Assembly: GCF_009834535.1 (NCBI RefSeq)
Contig: NC_045696.1
Span: 56,918,001-56,982,000, forward strand
From: Camelus ferus
Lineage: Eukaryota
Direction: 5' to 3'
Length of the DNA stretch: 64,000 nucleotides
Shown here: in pieces, positions 41,699-53,162 of the stretch
Position numbering within the stretch: the first letter of the stretch is position 1
Layout of the letters: the number at the start of each line of letters is the position of its first letter
Made by a program: the position numbers and the translations under genes
Notes under the pieces: generated by a model
What the model saw: the letters and a program-made list of their open reading frames with translations, nothing else
Databases searched by the model: none
Told to the model about the DNA's origin: nothing

Positions 41699-42995
41699 TT
41701 GTAGACAGCATATTGAATCTTTTTTAACCCATTTAACCATTTTGTGTCTTTTGATTGGAAAATTAGTCTATTCACATTTAAAGTAATAATGTAGACACTT
41801 TCTATTGCCATTCCTTCATTTTCTGAATTTTTTTAGTTCCTCTGTTCCTTTCTCTCTTAATGTCTTTGTATTTTGTTTTTATATGTTTTATGTGCTTTAA
41901 TTCTTTTCTCTATCTTTTATGTACCTACTATGGCTTTTTGTGTGTGTGTGCGGTTATCTTGAGGCTTACATAAAATATATTCATAACTGTATTTTAAGCT
42001 GGTAGTGACTTACTTTCACTAACATACAAAAATGCTATACATTTATTACTCCTCCCCCAATGTTTTATGGGATTTTTGTCACACTTCACATCTTTTTATA
42101 TTGTGTATCTGTTAACAAATTATTGTAGCTATAGTTGTTTTTAATATCACTATCTTTATTTTGTATAATAGAGGTAAACTGATACATGTGCCATCATTAC
42201 AGTATTTAGCTTTTCTGAATTTAAATATAAATTTACTCTTACCAGTGTGTTTTATACTTTTTTGTTTTTATGCTGTTACATAGCATTCTTTTATTTCAAC
42301 TTGAACAACTTTTTCCCCCCAGCATTTTTTGTAACAGCAGGTCTACTAGTAATGAACTGTCTTACCTTCTGTTTGTCTGGGAATGTCTTTCTTTCTCCTC
42401 CATTTCTGAAGGACAGTTTTGCTGAATATAGTATTATTGGTTGGACATTTTTTTCTTTGAATATATCATCCTACTACCTCCTGGCCTGTAAGGTTTCTGC
42501 AGAGAAATCCACTGATAGTTTTATGAGGGTTTCTTTGTTTGTGACAAGTTGTTTTTCTTTTGCTGCTTTCCAAAATTCTATCCTTATCTTGACTGTTAAC
42601 ATTTTGATTATAATGTGACTCATAGTAATCTTTGTGTTGATCTTGCTTGTATTCTCTGAGCTTTCTGTGTCTGAATAGCCTATTTCTTTCACAAGATTTA
42701 GGAATTTTTAAGTTATTATTTCTTTTAAAAACTCTTTCTTACTCTTTCTCTTTCTTGTCTACTTCTGGGACTCTTTTGATGCAAATATTTATGTACTCAG
42801 TGGTATCTCGTAATTCCGTTAGGCCTTCTTCATGTTTTTTTTAATTCTTTTTTCTTTTTGTTCTGCTAACAGGCCAGTATCAAATGATTTGTTTTTGAAT
42901 TTGCTAACTCTTGCTTCTGTGTGATTGGAACTGTTGTTAAAGTTCTTTATTAAGTTTTTTAGTACAATCTTTGTATTTTTTAGCTCTAGAATTTC

Positions 42996-44824
42996 TTTTT
43001 TTTTTAAATTGAAATACAGTAAGTTACAGTGTATCAATTTCTGGTGTACAGTACAGTCATGAATATACATACATATATTCATTTTCATATTCTTTTTCAT
43101 TAAAGGTTATTACAAGATATTGAATATAGTTCCCTGTGCTATATGGAAGAAACTTGTTTTTTTTAATCTATTTTTATATCTAGTAGCTAACATTTGCATA
43201 TCTCAAACTCCCAAATTTATCCCTTCCCACCTCCTTTGCCCAGTCACCGTAAGATTGTTTACTATGGCTGTGAGTCTATTTCTGTTTTGTAGATGAGTTC
43301 ATAGTGTCCTTTTTTTCTTTTTCTTTCTTTCTTTCTTTTTTTTTTTTTTTTTAAGATTCCACATGTGAATGATATGGTATTTTTCTTTCTCTTTCTGGCT
43401 TACTTCACTTAAATGATCTCTAGGTCCATCCATGTTGCTGCAAATGTAATATTTTATTATTATTTTTTATGGCTGAGTAGTATTCTATTGTATAAATATA
43501 ACACAAATTCTTTATCTAGTCATCTGTTGATGGACATTTAGGTTGTTTCCATGTCTTGGATATTGTATATAGTGCTGCTTTGAATACTAGGGTGCATGTA
43601 TGTTTTTGAATTAGAGTTCCCTCTGGATATATGCCCAGGAGTGGGATTGCTGGATCCTATGGTAGGTCTATTCTTAGTTTTTTGAGGAATCTCCATACTG
43701 TTTTCCATAACAGCTGCACCGAACTACATTCCCATTAACAGTATAATAGGGGTTCCCTTTTCTCCACACCCTCTCCAGCATTTATTTTTTGTGGACTTTT
43801 GAATGATGGCCATTCTGACTGGTGTGAGGTGATACCTCATTGTAATTTTGATTTGCATTTCTCTGATAATTAGCAACATTGAGCATTTTTTCATGTGCCT
43901 GTTGGCCATTTGTATGTCTTCTTTGGAGAATTGCTTGATAAGGTCTTTTGCCCATTTTTGGATTGGGTTGTTTGTTTTTTTGTTATTAAGTTGTATGAGC
44001 TGTTTATATATTCTGGAAATTAAGCCTCCGTCTCATCATTTGCAAATATTTTCTCCCATTCTGAAGGCTGTCTTTTTGTTTTGCTTATGGTTTCCTTTGC
44101 TGTACAAAAGCTTTTAAGTTTAATTAGGTCTCATTTGTTAGTTTTTGCTTTTAATTCTATTGCCTGGATAAACTACCCTAGGAGAACATTGCTAAGATTT
44201 ATGTCAGAAAATGTTTTGCTTATGTTTTCTTCCAGGAGGTTTATCATGTCTTGTCTTACGTTTAAGTCTTTAAGCCATTTTGAGTTTATTTTTGTGTATA
44301 GTGTGAGGGAGTGTTCTAACTTCATTCATTCATACCTGCTGCTATTCAATTATCCCAATACCACTTGCTGAAGAGACTCTCTTTTCTCCATTGTATATTC
44401 TTGCCTCCTTTGTTGAAGATTAATTGACCATTAGTCTGTGGTTTTATTTCTGGGCTCTGTATTCTGTTCCATTGATCGATGTATGTGTTTTTTATGCCAA
44501 TACCATGCTGTTTTGATTACTGTAGCTCTGTAGTATTGTCTGAAGTCTGGAAGGCTTATCCCTCCAGCTTCGTTCTTTTTCTTCAGTATTGTTTTGGCAA
44601 CTCTGGTTTTTGTGATTCTATATAAATTTTAGGATTATTTGTTCCAGTTCTGTTCAAAATGTCTGGATAATTTGATAAGGATCACATTAAATATGTAGAT
44701 TGCCTTGGGCAATATGGCCATTTTAACAATATTGATTCTTCCAATCCAAGAACGTAGGATATCTTCCATTTCTTTAAGTCATCTTTAATTTCCTTAATCA
44801 TTGTTTTGTAGTTCTCCATGTAAA
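42996..44824 (-). mobile_element. 5'-truncated L1 nested in an older L1 ORF1
   Basis: TSD ctctagaatttc (42984-42995) / ctctaggatttc (44825-44836), poly(A), ORF2 C-terminal remnants. Confidence 0.9.
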
Positions 44825-45245
44825 CTCTAGGATTTCCGTTTGCTTTGTTATTATAGTTTCTGTCTTTCTTTTTTTTTTTTTTTTTCATTCTTAGCGGTGA
44901 CAGCTCTTAAATTTACTAGTTTTATTTATTTGTTTATGGGTATAAGTTTGGATTTATTAATTTTTTAAATTAGTGTAGTTGATTTGCACTATATTAGTTT
45001 CAGCTTTACAACATAGTGACTCAATAGTTTTATAGGTTATACTTCTTTTAAAGTAAATAAAATATTGCTATGGTCCATTTGCTTTACAATATATCATTCT
45101 GTCTTATTTATTTTATACATAGAAGTTTGTATCTCTTAATTCCCTACCACTATCTTTCCCTTCCCCCATCCCTTTTCCCACTGGTAATTAGTTCTCATTA
45201 TCTGTGGGTCTGTTTCCATTTTATTGTATTTATATTTTTTTCTTT

Positions 45246-45379
45246 TAAGATTCCATATATAATAAATGATAATATACAGTATTTGTCTTACTCTGTCCAA
45301 CTTGTTTTACTAAGATTCCATATATAATAAATGATAATATACAGTATTTGTCTTACTCTGTCCAACTTGTTTTACTAAG
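45246..45379. repeat. 65-bp perfect tandem duplication
   Basis: taagattccatatataataaatgataatatacagtatttgtcttactctgtccaacttgttttac x2, plus taag. Confidence 0.92.
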
Positions 45380-47752
45380 CATAAGAATATCTTCCAGGTC
45401 TATCCATGTTATTGCAAATGGCAAAACTATACATGTTTTCATGTCTGAGTAATATTATTCAATATTATATAAATACCACATCTTTTTATCCATTCTTCTG
45501 AAGCTGTACACTTAGGTCACTTCCATATCTTGACTATTGAAATTAATGCTGCTATGAACTTTGGAGTTTATATATCTTTTGAATTATTGTTTTTGTTTTC
45601 TTCAGATATATACCCAGGAATTGAATTGCTGGATCATATGGTAGTTCCTTTTTTAGCTTTTTGATGAACCTCCATTATTGTTTTCCATAGTAGGTGCACC
45701 AGTTTACATTCCTACCAACAGTTTACTAAGGTTCCCTTTTCTCCACATTCTTGCCAACATTTGTTATTTGTGAAATTTTTGGTGATAGCCGTTCTATCTG
45801 AATATCTCATTGTGGTTTTAATTTGCATTTCCCTGATAATTAGCAATGTGGAATATATTTTCATGTGCCTGTTGACTGTCTGTCTTCTTTGGAAAAAGAT
45901 CTGTTCAGGTTTTCCCTTCCAATTTTGATGCCTTTTATTTCTTTTTCTTGCCTGATTATTGTGGATATGAATCAATACTATGTTAAATAGAAGTGGTGAG
46001 AGTAGACATCCTTTTCTTGCTCATGATTTTAGGGTAAAAAGCTTTTAGCTTTTCACCATTGAGTATGATGTTAACTGTGGGTTTGTCATAAATGGACTTT
46101 ATTATGTTGAGGTGTGTTCCCTCTATATCAACATTGATGAGAGTTTTTATTATAAATGGATGTTGAACTTTGTCAAATGCTTTTTGCATCTATTGAGATG
46201 ATTATGTGGTTTTTCTTCTTTATTTTATTGATGTGATGTATTACAGTGATTGATTTGTGGATATTGAATCATCCTTTCATCCCTGGAATAAGTCTTAGTT
46301 GATCATGGCGTATACTCCTTTATATGTATTGAATTTGATTTGCTAACATTTTGTTGAGGATTTTAGTGTCTATATTTATCAGAGATACTGGCCTCTAATT
46401 TTCTCTTTTTTTAAAAAATAGTTTCTTTGTCTGGCTTAGGCATTAAGATAATGATGACCTCACAGAGTGAATTTCGAAATGTTTCCTCCTCTTGATTTTC
46501 TTGGAATAGTTTGTGAAGGACAGGTATTAACTCTTTTTTTTATACGTTTGGTAGAATTCCCCTCTGAAGCCCTTTGGTCCTGGACTTTTTTTGCTGAGAA
46601 TTTTTAAATTATAAATTCAGTTTCACTGTTATCAGTCTGTTCAGACTGTCTATTTCTTCCTGAATCAGTCTTAGAAGAATACATATTTCTAGGAATTTAT
46701 CTATTTCTTCTAGGTTGTCCAGTTTATTGACATATAACTGTTTTTAGTAGTCTTTTATGATTTTTTTGTACCTCTGTGATAATGATTATAAATACTCCTT
46801 TTTTATTTATTATATTGTTCATTTAGGTCTTGTCTTTTTTTCTTGATGAGCCTGGCTAAAAGCTTTTCAAGTTTGTTTATCTTTTCAAAAAATCAGCTCT
46901 TGGTTTCATTGATCTTTTCTGTTTTTTTTAAATCTCTGTTTTATTTATTTTCTTTCTGATCTTTATTATTTCCTTCTGCTGACTTCAGGATTTGTTTGTT
47001 CTTTTTCTAATTCCTTCAAATGGTCGGTTGTTTATTTGAGATTTTTCCTGTTTCTTGATAGAGGCCTGTATCACTATAAACTTACCTCTTAGAATGGCTT
47101 TTTCTGCACTCTATAAATTTTGGAAATTTCCATTTTTGTTTCTGTCTTGAGGCCTTTTATGATTTCTTCATTGATCTATGTAGGCTTTTTAGTAGCATGT
47201 TTAGTCTCCATGTGTTTGGTTTTTACCCATTTTTTTTCTCTAATTGATTTCTAGTTTCCTACTGTTGTGTTCAAAAAAATGTTTGATATATTTTTATCCT
47301 TTTAAATGTGTGGACATGTTTTGTGGCCTAGCATGTGATCTGTCTTGGAGAACATTTCGTATGCACTTGAAAAGAATTTGTTGTCTGCTGTTTTGGGATA
47401 TAATGTCCTGTAGATATCTATTAAGTCCAATTGGTGCTATTGTGATATTAAAGACCACTATTTCTTTATTGATTTTTTTTTCTGGATAGTCTGTTTATTG
47501 ATATAAGAGGGGTATTAAAGTACCCTACTATTGTATTATTGTCAATTTCTCCCTTTATATCTGTTAATATTTGCTTTATTTATGTGCTCCCATATTAGGT
47601 GTTTATATGTTAATGAGTGTTACATCCTTTTCTTGCATTGATCCCTTTATCATTATATAATGCCCTTCTTTTTCTTTTATGGTAGACTTTGTCTAATATG
47701 AGTATTGCTACCCTGGCTTTCTTGTTTCCATTTGCATGAAACATCTTTTTCT

Positions 47753-47995
47753 TTCTTTTTTTTTTCTTTTAACATTTTTTATTGCTTTATAATCATTTTA
47801 CAATGTTGTGTCAAATTCTAGTGTAGAGCACAATTTTTCAGTTATACATGAACATATATATATTCATTGTCACATTTTTTTCTCTGTGAGCTACCATAAG
47901 ATCCTGTATATATTTCCCTGTGCTATACAGTATAATCTTGTTTATCTATTCTACAATTTTGAAATCCCAGTCTATCTCTTCCCACCCCCCACCCC
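47753..47995 (-). mobile_element. Short young L1 3' fragment
   Basis: Perfect 16-bp TSD tgaaacatctttttct (47737-47752, 47996-48011). Near-identical to 5750-5965. Confidence 0.93.
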
Positions 47996-49561
47996 TGAAA
48001 CATCTTTTTCTATTACCACACTTTCAATATGTGTCTTTAGCTCTGAAATGAGTGTCTTGTTTTGGACCCTCTGCTTCCTATACCTGATGTCTGTTTCCTT
48101 CTTCAGGCTTGAGAAATTTTCAGCTATAATTTCATTATACACATTTTCAACCCCTTCCTTTCTCTCTCCTCCTGCTTGGGCCCCTATAATGCAGATGTTA
48201 GTATACTTATGTTGACTCAGAGATCCCTTAAACTACTCTTATTTTTAAATTGTATTTTTTTTTTTTTTTTTTGCTGTTAAGACTAGGTGAATTCCATTGT
48301 TCTATCTTGCAGATTGCTTATGCTTTTTTTCTGTATCACCTAGTCAGCTATTAAATCCTTCTAATGTGTTTTTCATTTTAGTTACTGTGTTCTTTTTTCT
48401 GACTGGTTCTTTTTTATATTTTCTAGTTCCTTGTTGAAATTCTCACTGTGTTCATCTATTATTTTCCCAAGTTCAGTTAGAATTCTTATTACTAATGCTT
48501 TAAACTCTATCTGGCAAATTATTTATCTATTTCATTAGTGTCTTTCCTGTTTTTTTTTCTTGTTCTTTTGTTCAAAACATATTGCTCTGTCTTGTTATTT
48601 GCTTAACTTTTTTGTCCTTATGAAATTAAGTGAGACAGTTACCTATTTCAGTCTTGCAGGAGTGTCATGTATGGCAGTGTCCCTGTCCAGTCTTCACATG
48701 CCCAGTGGCTTTGGTGGGAGAGCTGACCTGAAGTAAGCACAGGCTACATCTCCTGTTGTAGTGTGCTGGCAGCTCCCACCTTGCTGGGAGGCAGGGGTGG
48801 AGGTGGAGGGGCTAAAACCAGAGCTAGGTGTGAGCCTGGGCTTCTCCTATGCTTAGTGACTATCACCACCCTATGGGGGTGGGTTTGGATCCCAAGGTGC
48901 TGGAGCAAAAGTCCTGAGTGTCAGTTGGAGCTGATTTTGTTTTTTCTAAGTGTGCGCTCTCCCCCTGGTGTTGGCATCTTTGCCTACTGAAGAGTAGCAT
49001 CAGAGGAAGAGGGGCTTGAGTGGGCCAGGAACAAGGTTTTTATGCCTATTACCTGATACATGGGTAAGCATGACTCCTTTGTGTCCCTTTGCATATGGTA
49101 TATGCTGGTGACAAACTCAAAGCCAAATGGGGCTGTGTCTCACGGGTACAAAGCTATTTCTGTTTTCATAGCCAAGGCCACAGTCAGTGAGTTAGCTGAC
49201 TAAGTACAATTCCGCCTCCTCAAAATGCTGCCTTCATTCTTGGACTGCACTGATTTTCAGATCTCCAGCCTGGATCCTGAAGCTCCTGTGAAAGCACCTC
49301 TGTCTATGCATTGATGTAAAGTTATTGTTGTTGGGTGGGGGGTTATGTGCAAGGGACATTTTATTCAGCCATTTTGTTGACGTCTAATGCTATATAATGT
49401 AATTTCCATCAATTAAGACTAAGATTTTTGAACTCTTTATTTACAAAAATAAAGATAATTAATAAGCCAAACATCAGTTGCTAAGTATGTTAGTTTTTTT
49501 CTTTACACATTAATATTGATGCTAATTTAAATGTTAGAATCCTTGACCTTTGTTATATTAG

Positions 49562-49644
49562 ACTTGGAAGACCTGGTGTTGATTGTTATTGTCAACATGA
49601 AAGTGGTGCAGCTGTTTTGCAGCTCCAAGTTTTTGATCAATGAG
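49562..49644 (+). CDS. STXBP5L: STXBP5L internal coding exon (probably exon 4), 83 nt as assembled, with an apparent +1 frameshift
   Basis: TCCTTGAC branch site, then tag acceptor. Completes the Ile codon and reads LGRPGVDCYCQHESGAAVLQLQ. The conserved FLINE follows only in the +1 frame. Ends at GAG|gtgagg. Confidence 0.95.
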
Positions 49645-50061
49645 GTGAGGATTTTCTTGGCTATTTATATCTCTCTCACACACACTCATATACAAACACA
49701 TACATTGTATAATTTTTTTTATATTATTATTCTAAATGCTTAAAGATGTATACATATTATTCATGGTCACGTTTTTCATAAAAGACTGTACTCCTGTATT
49801 TGTCAGCTTATTAAATTTTAAAGGAAAAACTTGTATGTATAAGAAGATCCTGTTATTGTGATTCTGTAGCATAATTTGATTAATAGTTTAAATGATTTTT
49901 TAAAAATTCCTAAAATCCTTTGATTGCTTCATTGACCATTAAACTTTTCCTCTATACACTCTCCTCCCACCAATTTGCTTTATAATCCAGCAATAATTTC
50001 ATGTTTTGTCTCAATCGTACATTAAATCTTTTCAGTTGTTTACTTATGGGCTCTTTTTGTC

Positions 50062-50111
<50 letters not shown>
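50062..50111. repeat. (TA)n(TG)n(TA)n compound microsatellite
   Basis: Read directly from the sequence. Confidence 0.95.
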
Positions 50112-50112
<1 letters not shown>

Positions 50113-52349
50113 CTTCATATGCGTTTGTTGGTATAGGTATGCATAGCTATTATGACAATAGGCTGCCAGCCCTACCCCTATTTTTATAGACCTGTGGTGA
50201 TGAGGAACGCCCTAGAGACAAAGGTTTTAAAGCTTACAGAGTTTGCAGATCTTCCATTAGTTGAAGGCTATTCAAGGTCTTCTTGACTCATATTTTTACA
50301 GAGGATCCTTGAGTCTTCTAGAACTCTTTTATGTTAAGTGAGCCAATCAATGCAAAAATGCTTGAAGATTTTATGCCATACCAAATTCAGGCACTTAGCA
50401 GATTGAACTCAGTGCCTTGAGAGGAAAAAAATGAGGTATCACTGATTGTTTCCTTAAGGCATGAATGATGATCTTTTATTCAATATCTGTATGTATTTAC
50501 ATGTATCTTTCTAAGAATTTATACTCATAAACATGGGTAAAATGTTTCATATAACTTTATATCAGAGATACCTGAGGAATGAAAAAATTAGTGATATTGG
50601 CAAATGTCCACATTTTTACTTCTCTTGGCTCAAAGTCTTCTTCAGAAGGCTGTGAGATTCTCCTTATTGACAAACCGAGCATATTTCATGTTTTAGGCAT
50701 ATTTGCTGTGGCGTACCAGAATAAGGAAGGGAAATAAGGAAGAAAAGGGAAAACATTAAAAAAAAATTTTATTGTAATAATTAGTCATTTGTATCTAGGA
50801 TGACAACCTTTTTAGAGTCTTAGTGTTACTCCGTAGCTCGTAGTTGAGAGATCTCACCCTTTTGCTTTCTGCATAGTTGTTTACTGGCAGGCATAAATTA
50901 TTTCCATGTGATTTTTCTCTGTGTCCTATCCTCTGAGAATTATCTTCAAGGCCCTAAGTTTGCCCCTCTGCTGTTACATAACTAAGAATAAATAAAGATA
51001 AATCTTCAACATCTTTCCATTGTTTACTTTATCCTGAACTACTCACCTTGATCTGTGTTATACTCAACTTCTGTACCTTTTTCCAGACATACCAGTTTCT
51101 GACCTCGTGACCTGTGGTTTTCTTCAATTTTTAATCTTTTCACAGATCTTCATTAGTAGTGTTTCTTACAGATTTGCTTTTGCAAATGAGCCCTAGAAAC
51201 CCTGCTGATGTGCTTCTTTTCAGGTGTCTTATATCTCAGCTGGTGTTATTTCCAGTGGTTTTGTTCACTTCTCTCAAATGCTAAGTTTCCTCCCAGTTTT
51301 ATCGTAGAGTTACTAATACTGACTTCCTCCCTAGATTTATTCAGCTATTACACTAAGATATTATTGACCATCTGCTGCTTTGTTTTACTTTCGTTTCCTT
51401 TGACGTATTGTATCTTTTGTATAGCACATATGTATTTGCTATAGAGAATGTTTTATTAATTTCATATATCATGGTCTATCCTCACCCTCACCCAAAATGA
51501 GTTTCCACTTTCCCTGCAAAATGAGATCACTATTCTATATTTTTAAAAAATTTGTAGCTTATCAAGTACTTGCAAGCAATCCTAATAATTTTCTAGTGTG
51601 TATATATGAAACATTTGGGAATCGTTTACAAATAAAACAAGCAAACAAACAAAAAATCCTTAAGACACATATAGGGTACATTTTACTGCATGGAATGTAA
51701 TTATTTATGAGTTCATGTTAAAATGTATATGTCAATGCATACCTCTTTGAATATGTGTATTTATATATTTATATATAAATAAGCAAAGTTGTACACATTT
51801 TAAAATATTTTTAATGGTTGTACTCTCTCATTATGATTGTTGTTTCAAAAGCTATTTTTCTTTGAGACTAAAATCACAGGTACGTATTATTGAGAGAAAC
51901 ATCATAGGATACATGACCATATGTTTGTCTTAGGAATTGTTAATTGTTAATTGTTAATTCTCCTCTAACTCCTAAAGAAGAAATAAATTCTAGGAATTTC
52001 AATATAGTTCTTCCTAGCATCTACATGGGATGATCATTTTGATATCTGTGATTGATTTAATAAACTATGAAAGGTTACTTGTAACAGAGTACTTTGTAAA
52101 ATAAGAGAAGAATTTTAGGTATCTCAGGACTACCATGATTCTGCAAGATGACTTTTACAGTACACATTCCATACTCCAGAGTAGCTTCAAGCTCTAATGT
52201 AGGGCAGGCATTGACATTATTTGCTGGGAAACTCAAAATGGCAAAAGTTCTAACATAGTTTAAGGTGATCTTTCTTAACTCAGTGAAATAAATAAATGTA
52301 TGTATATGAAGTTATACATGGCAGCTAGTTTTCTGTCTATATGGTGTCT

Positions 52350-52434
52350 GCTATACTAAGATGTAGAAAGCATCCTATTATAAATGAAATAGCTATACTA
52401 AGAGGTAGAAAGCATCCTATTATAAATGAAATAG
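52350..52434. repeat. 42-bp tandem duplication (1 mismatch)
   Basis: gctatactaaga[t/g]gtagaaagcatcctattataaatgaaata x2. Confidence 0.92.
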
Positions 52435-53061
52435 GATTCATTTATGTTTGGAGGCTTTGTATAAAAAGAATCTTAGTATTATTTTTGTAGTTATAGTGAA
52501 TTCTAGTTGGAGAAATGTTTTCTTTTGTCATAGATGATGCTTCTTGAACTATAAAAACAAATTAAATTACACCAAATATACTTTTTAGGAAGAATATATA
52601 CTTCCCGACTATATAGCAGATTCTTACAAATGGTGAATTTTTATATGGCCAGATTGCAATTTTAAAACTAGGTTGGATATTTGATTCTCTGTAGAGCTAC
52701 ATGGTATATGTCTAAATAGTAGAAACAAAAAAATTAAACTTAGTTTTTCCCAAAGAAAATATAAGAAATCTTGAATAGTCACAATGATGCTTAAATAGTA
52801 ATCCTTTCATTGATAAATGCATATTTCTTAAGCCAGTTATTCTCACCAGTTTATATACAGTAGTTCACCTGCTTCTTCTACTCTTAGCATTTTTAGGCCT
52901 CTTGAGTGAAGTGTGTGCTAATCGTCCTTCCTCACACTTCTAGGTCAGATAAATAACAAATAACATTAAAAGCAGTGAAAAATTCAGTAAATTGGCTTGT
53001 TTTTGCTTCACAAATAACATAATTCAAGTAAATCACTCACTTTGTCTTCTTTTTGTTCCAG

Positions 53062-53162
53062 GGTGCTTTGGTCAGTGCCGGCTCAGATGATACACTTCAT
53101 TTGTGGAACCTTAGACAAAAAAGACCAGCTATTCTTCATTCTCTTAAATTTAACCGAGAACG
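53062..53162 (+). CDS. STXBP5L: STXBP5L internal coding exon, 101 nt (probably exon 5)
   Basis: Strong pyrimidine tract + ccag acceptor. Translates GALVSAGSDDTLHLWNLRQKRPAILHSLKFNRE(R), with a WD-type LHLWN. Donor CG|gtaaga. Confidence 0.96.

Larger units (their letters stand above)
37320..42995 (-). mobile_element. Long degenerate L1 (3' UTR through ORF2 into ORF1)
   Basis: Collinear with the full-length L1: ORF2 remnants (KGWKKIFHANGNQKRA) and ORF1 remnants (LSVDFSAETLQARR). Confidence 0.88.
44960..49385 (-). mobile_element. Older L1 retaining its 5' end but with two large internal deletions
   Basis: 3' UTR at 44960, jumps at ~45910 and ~48055 relative to the full-length copy, CpG-depleted 5' UTR ending in YY1-like cagccatttt (~49367-49376). 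Confidence 0.75.
26871..49561 (+). other. STXBP5L: U12-type (minor spliceosome) GT-AG intron of STXBP5L, 22,691 nt
   Basis: 5' end GTATCCTTAA matches the U12 consensus RTATCCTT. Branch site TCCTTGAC at 49540-49547 (branch A 15 nt before the terminal G). No long pyrimidine tract. Confidence 0.93.

Noticed and set aside
49531..49743. 70-aa ORF containing FLINE
   Set aside because: Off-frame read through the STXBP5L exon. It picks up FLINE only because of the +1 shift.
53080..53082. Gly in VSAGSDD where I recall Ser in human
   Set aside because: The position differs between tomosyn paralogs, and the comparison is from memory.
26773..53162. Assignment to the paralog STXBP5
   Set aside because: Residues [19 protein letters not shown] and KFNRE fit STXBP5L better.
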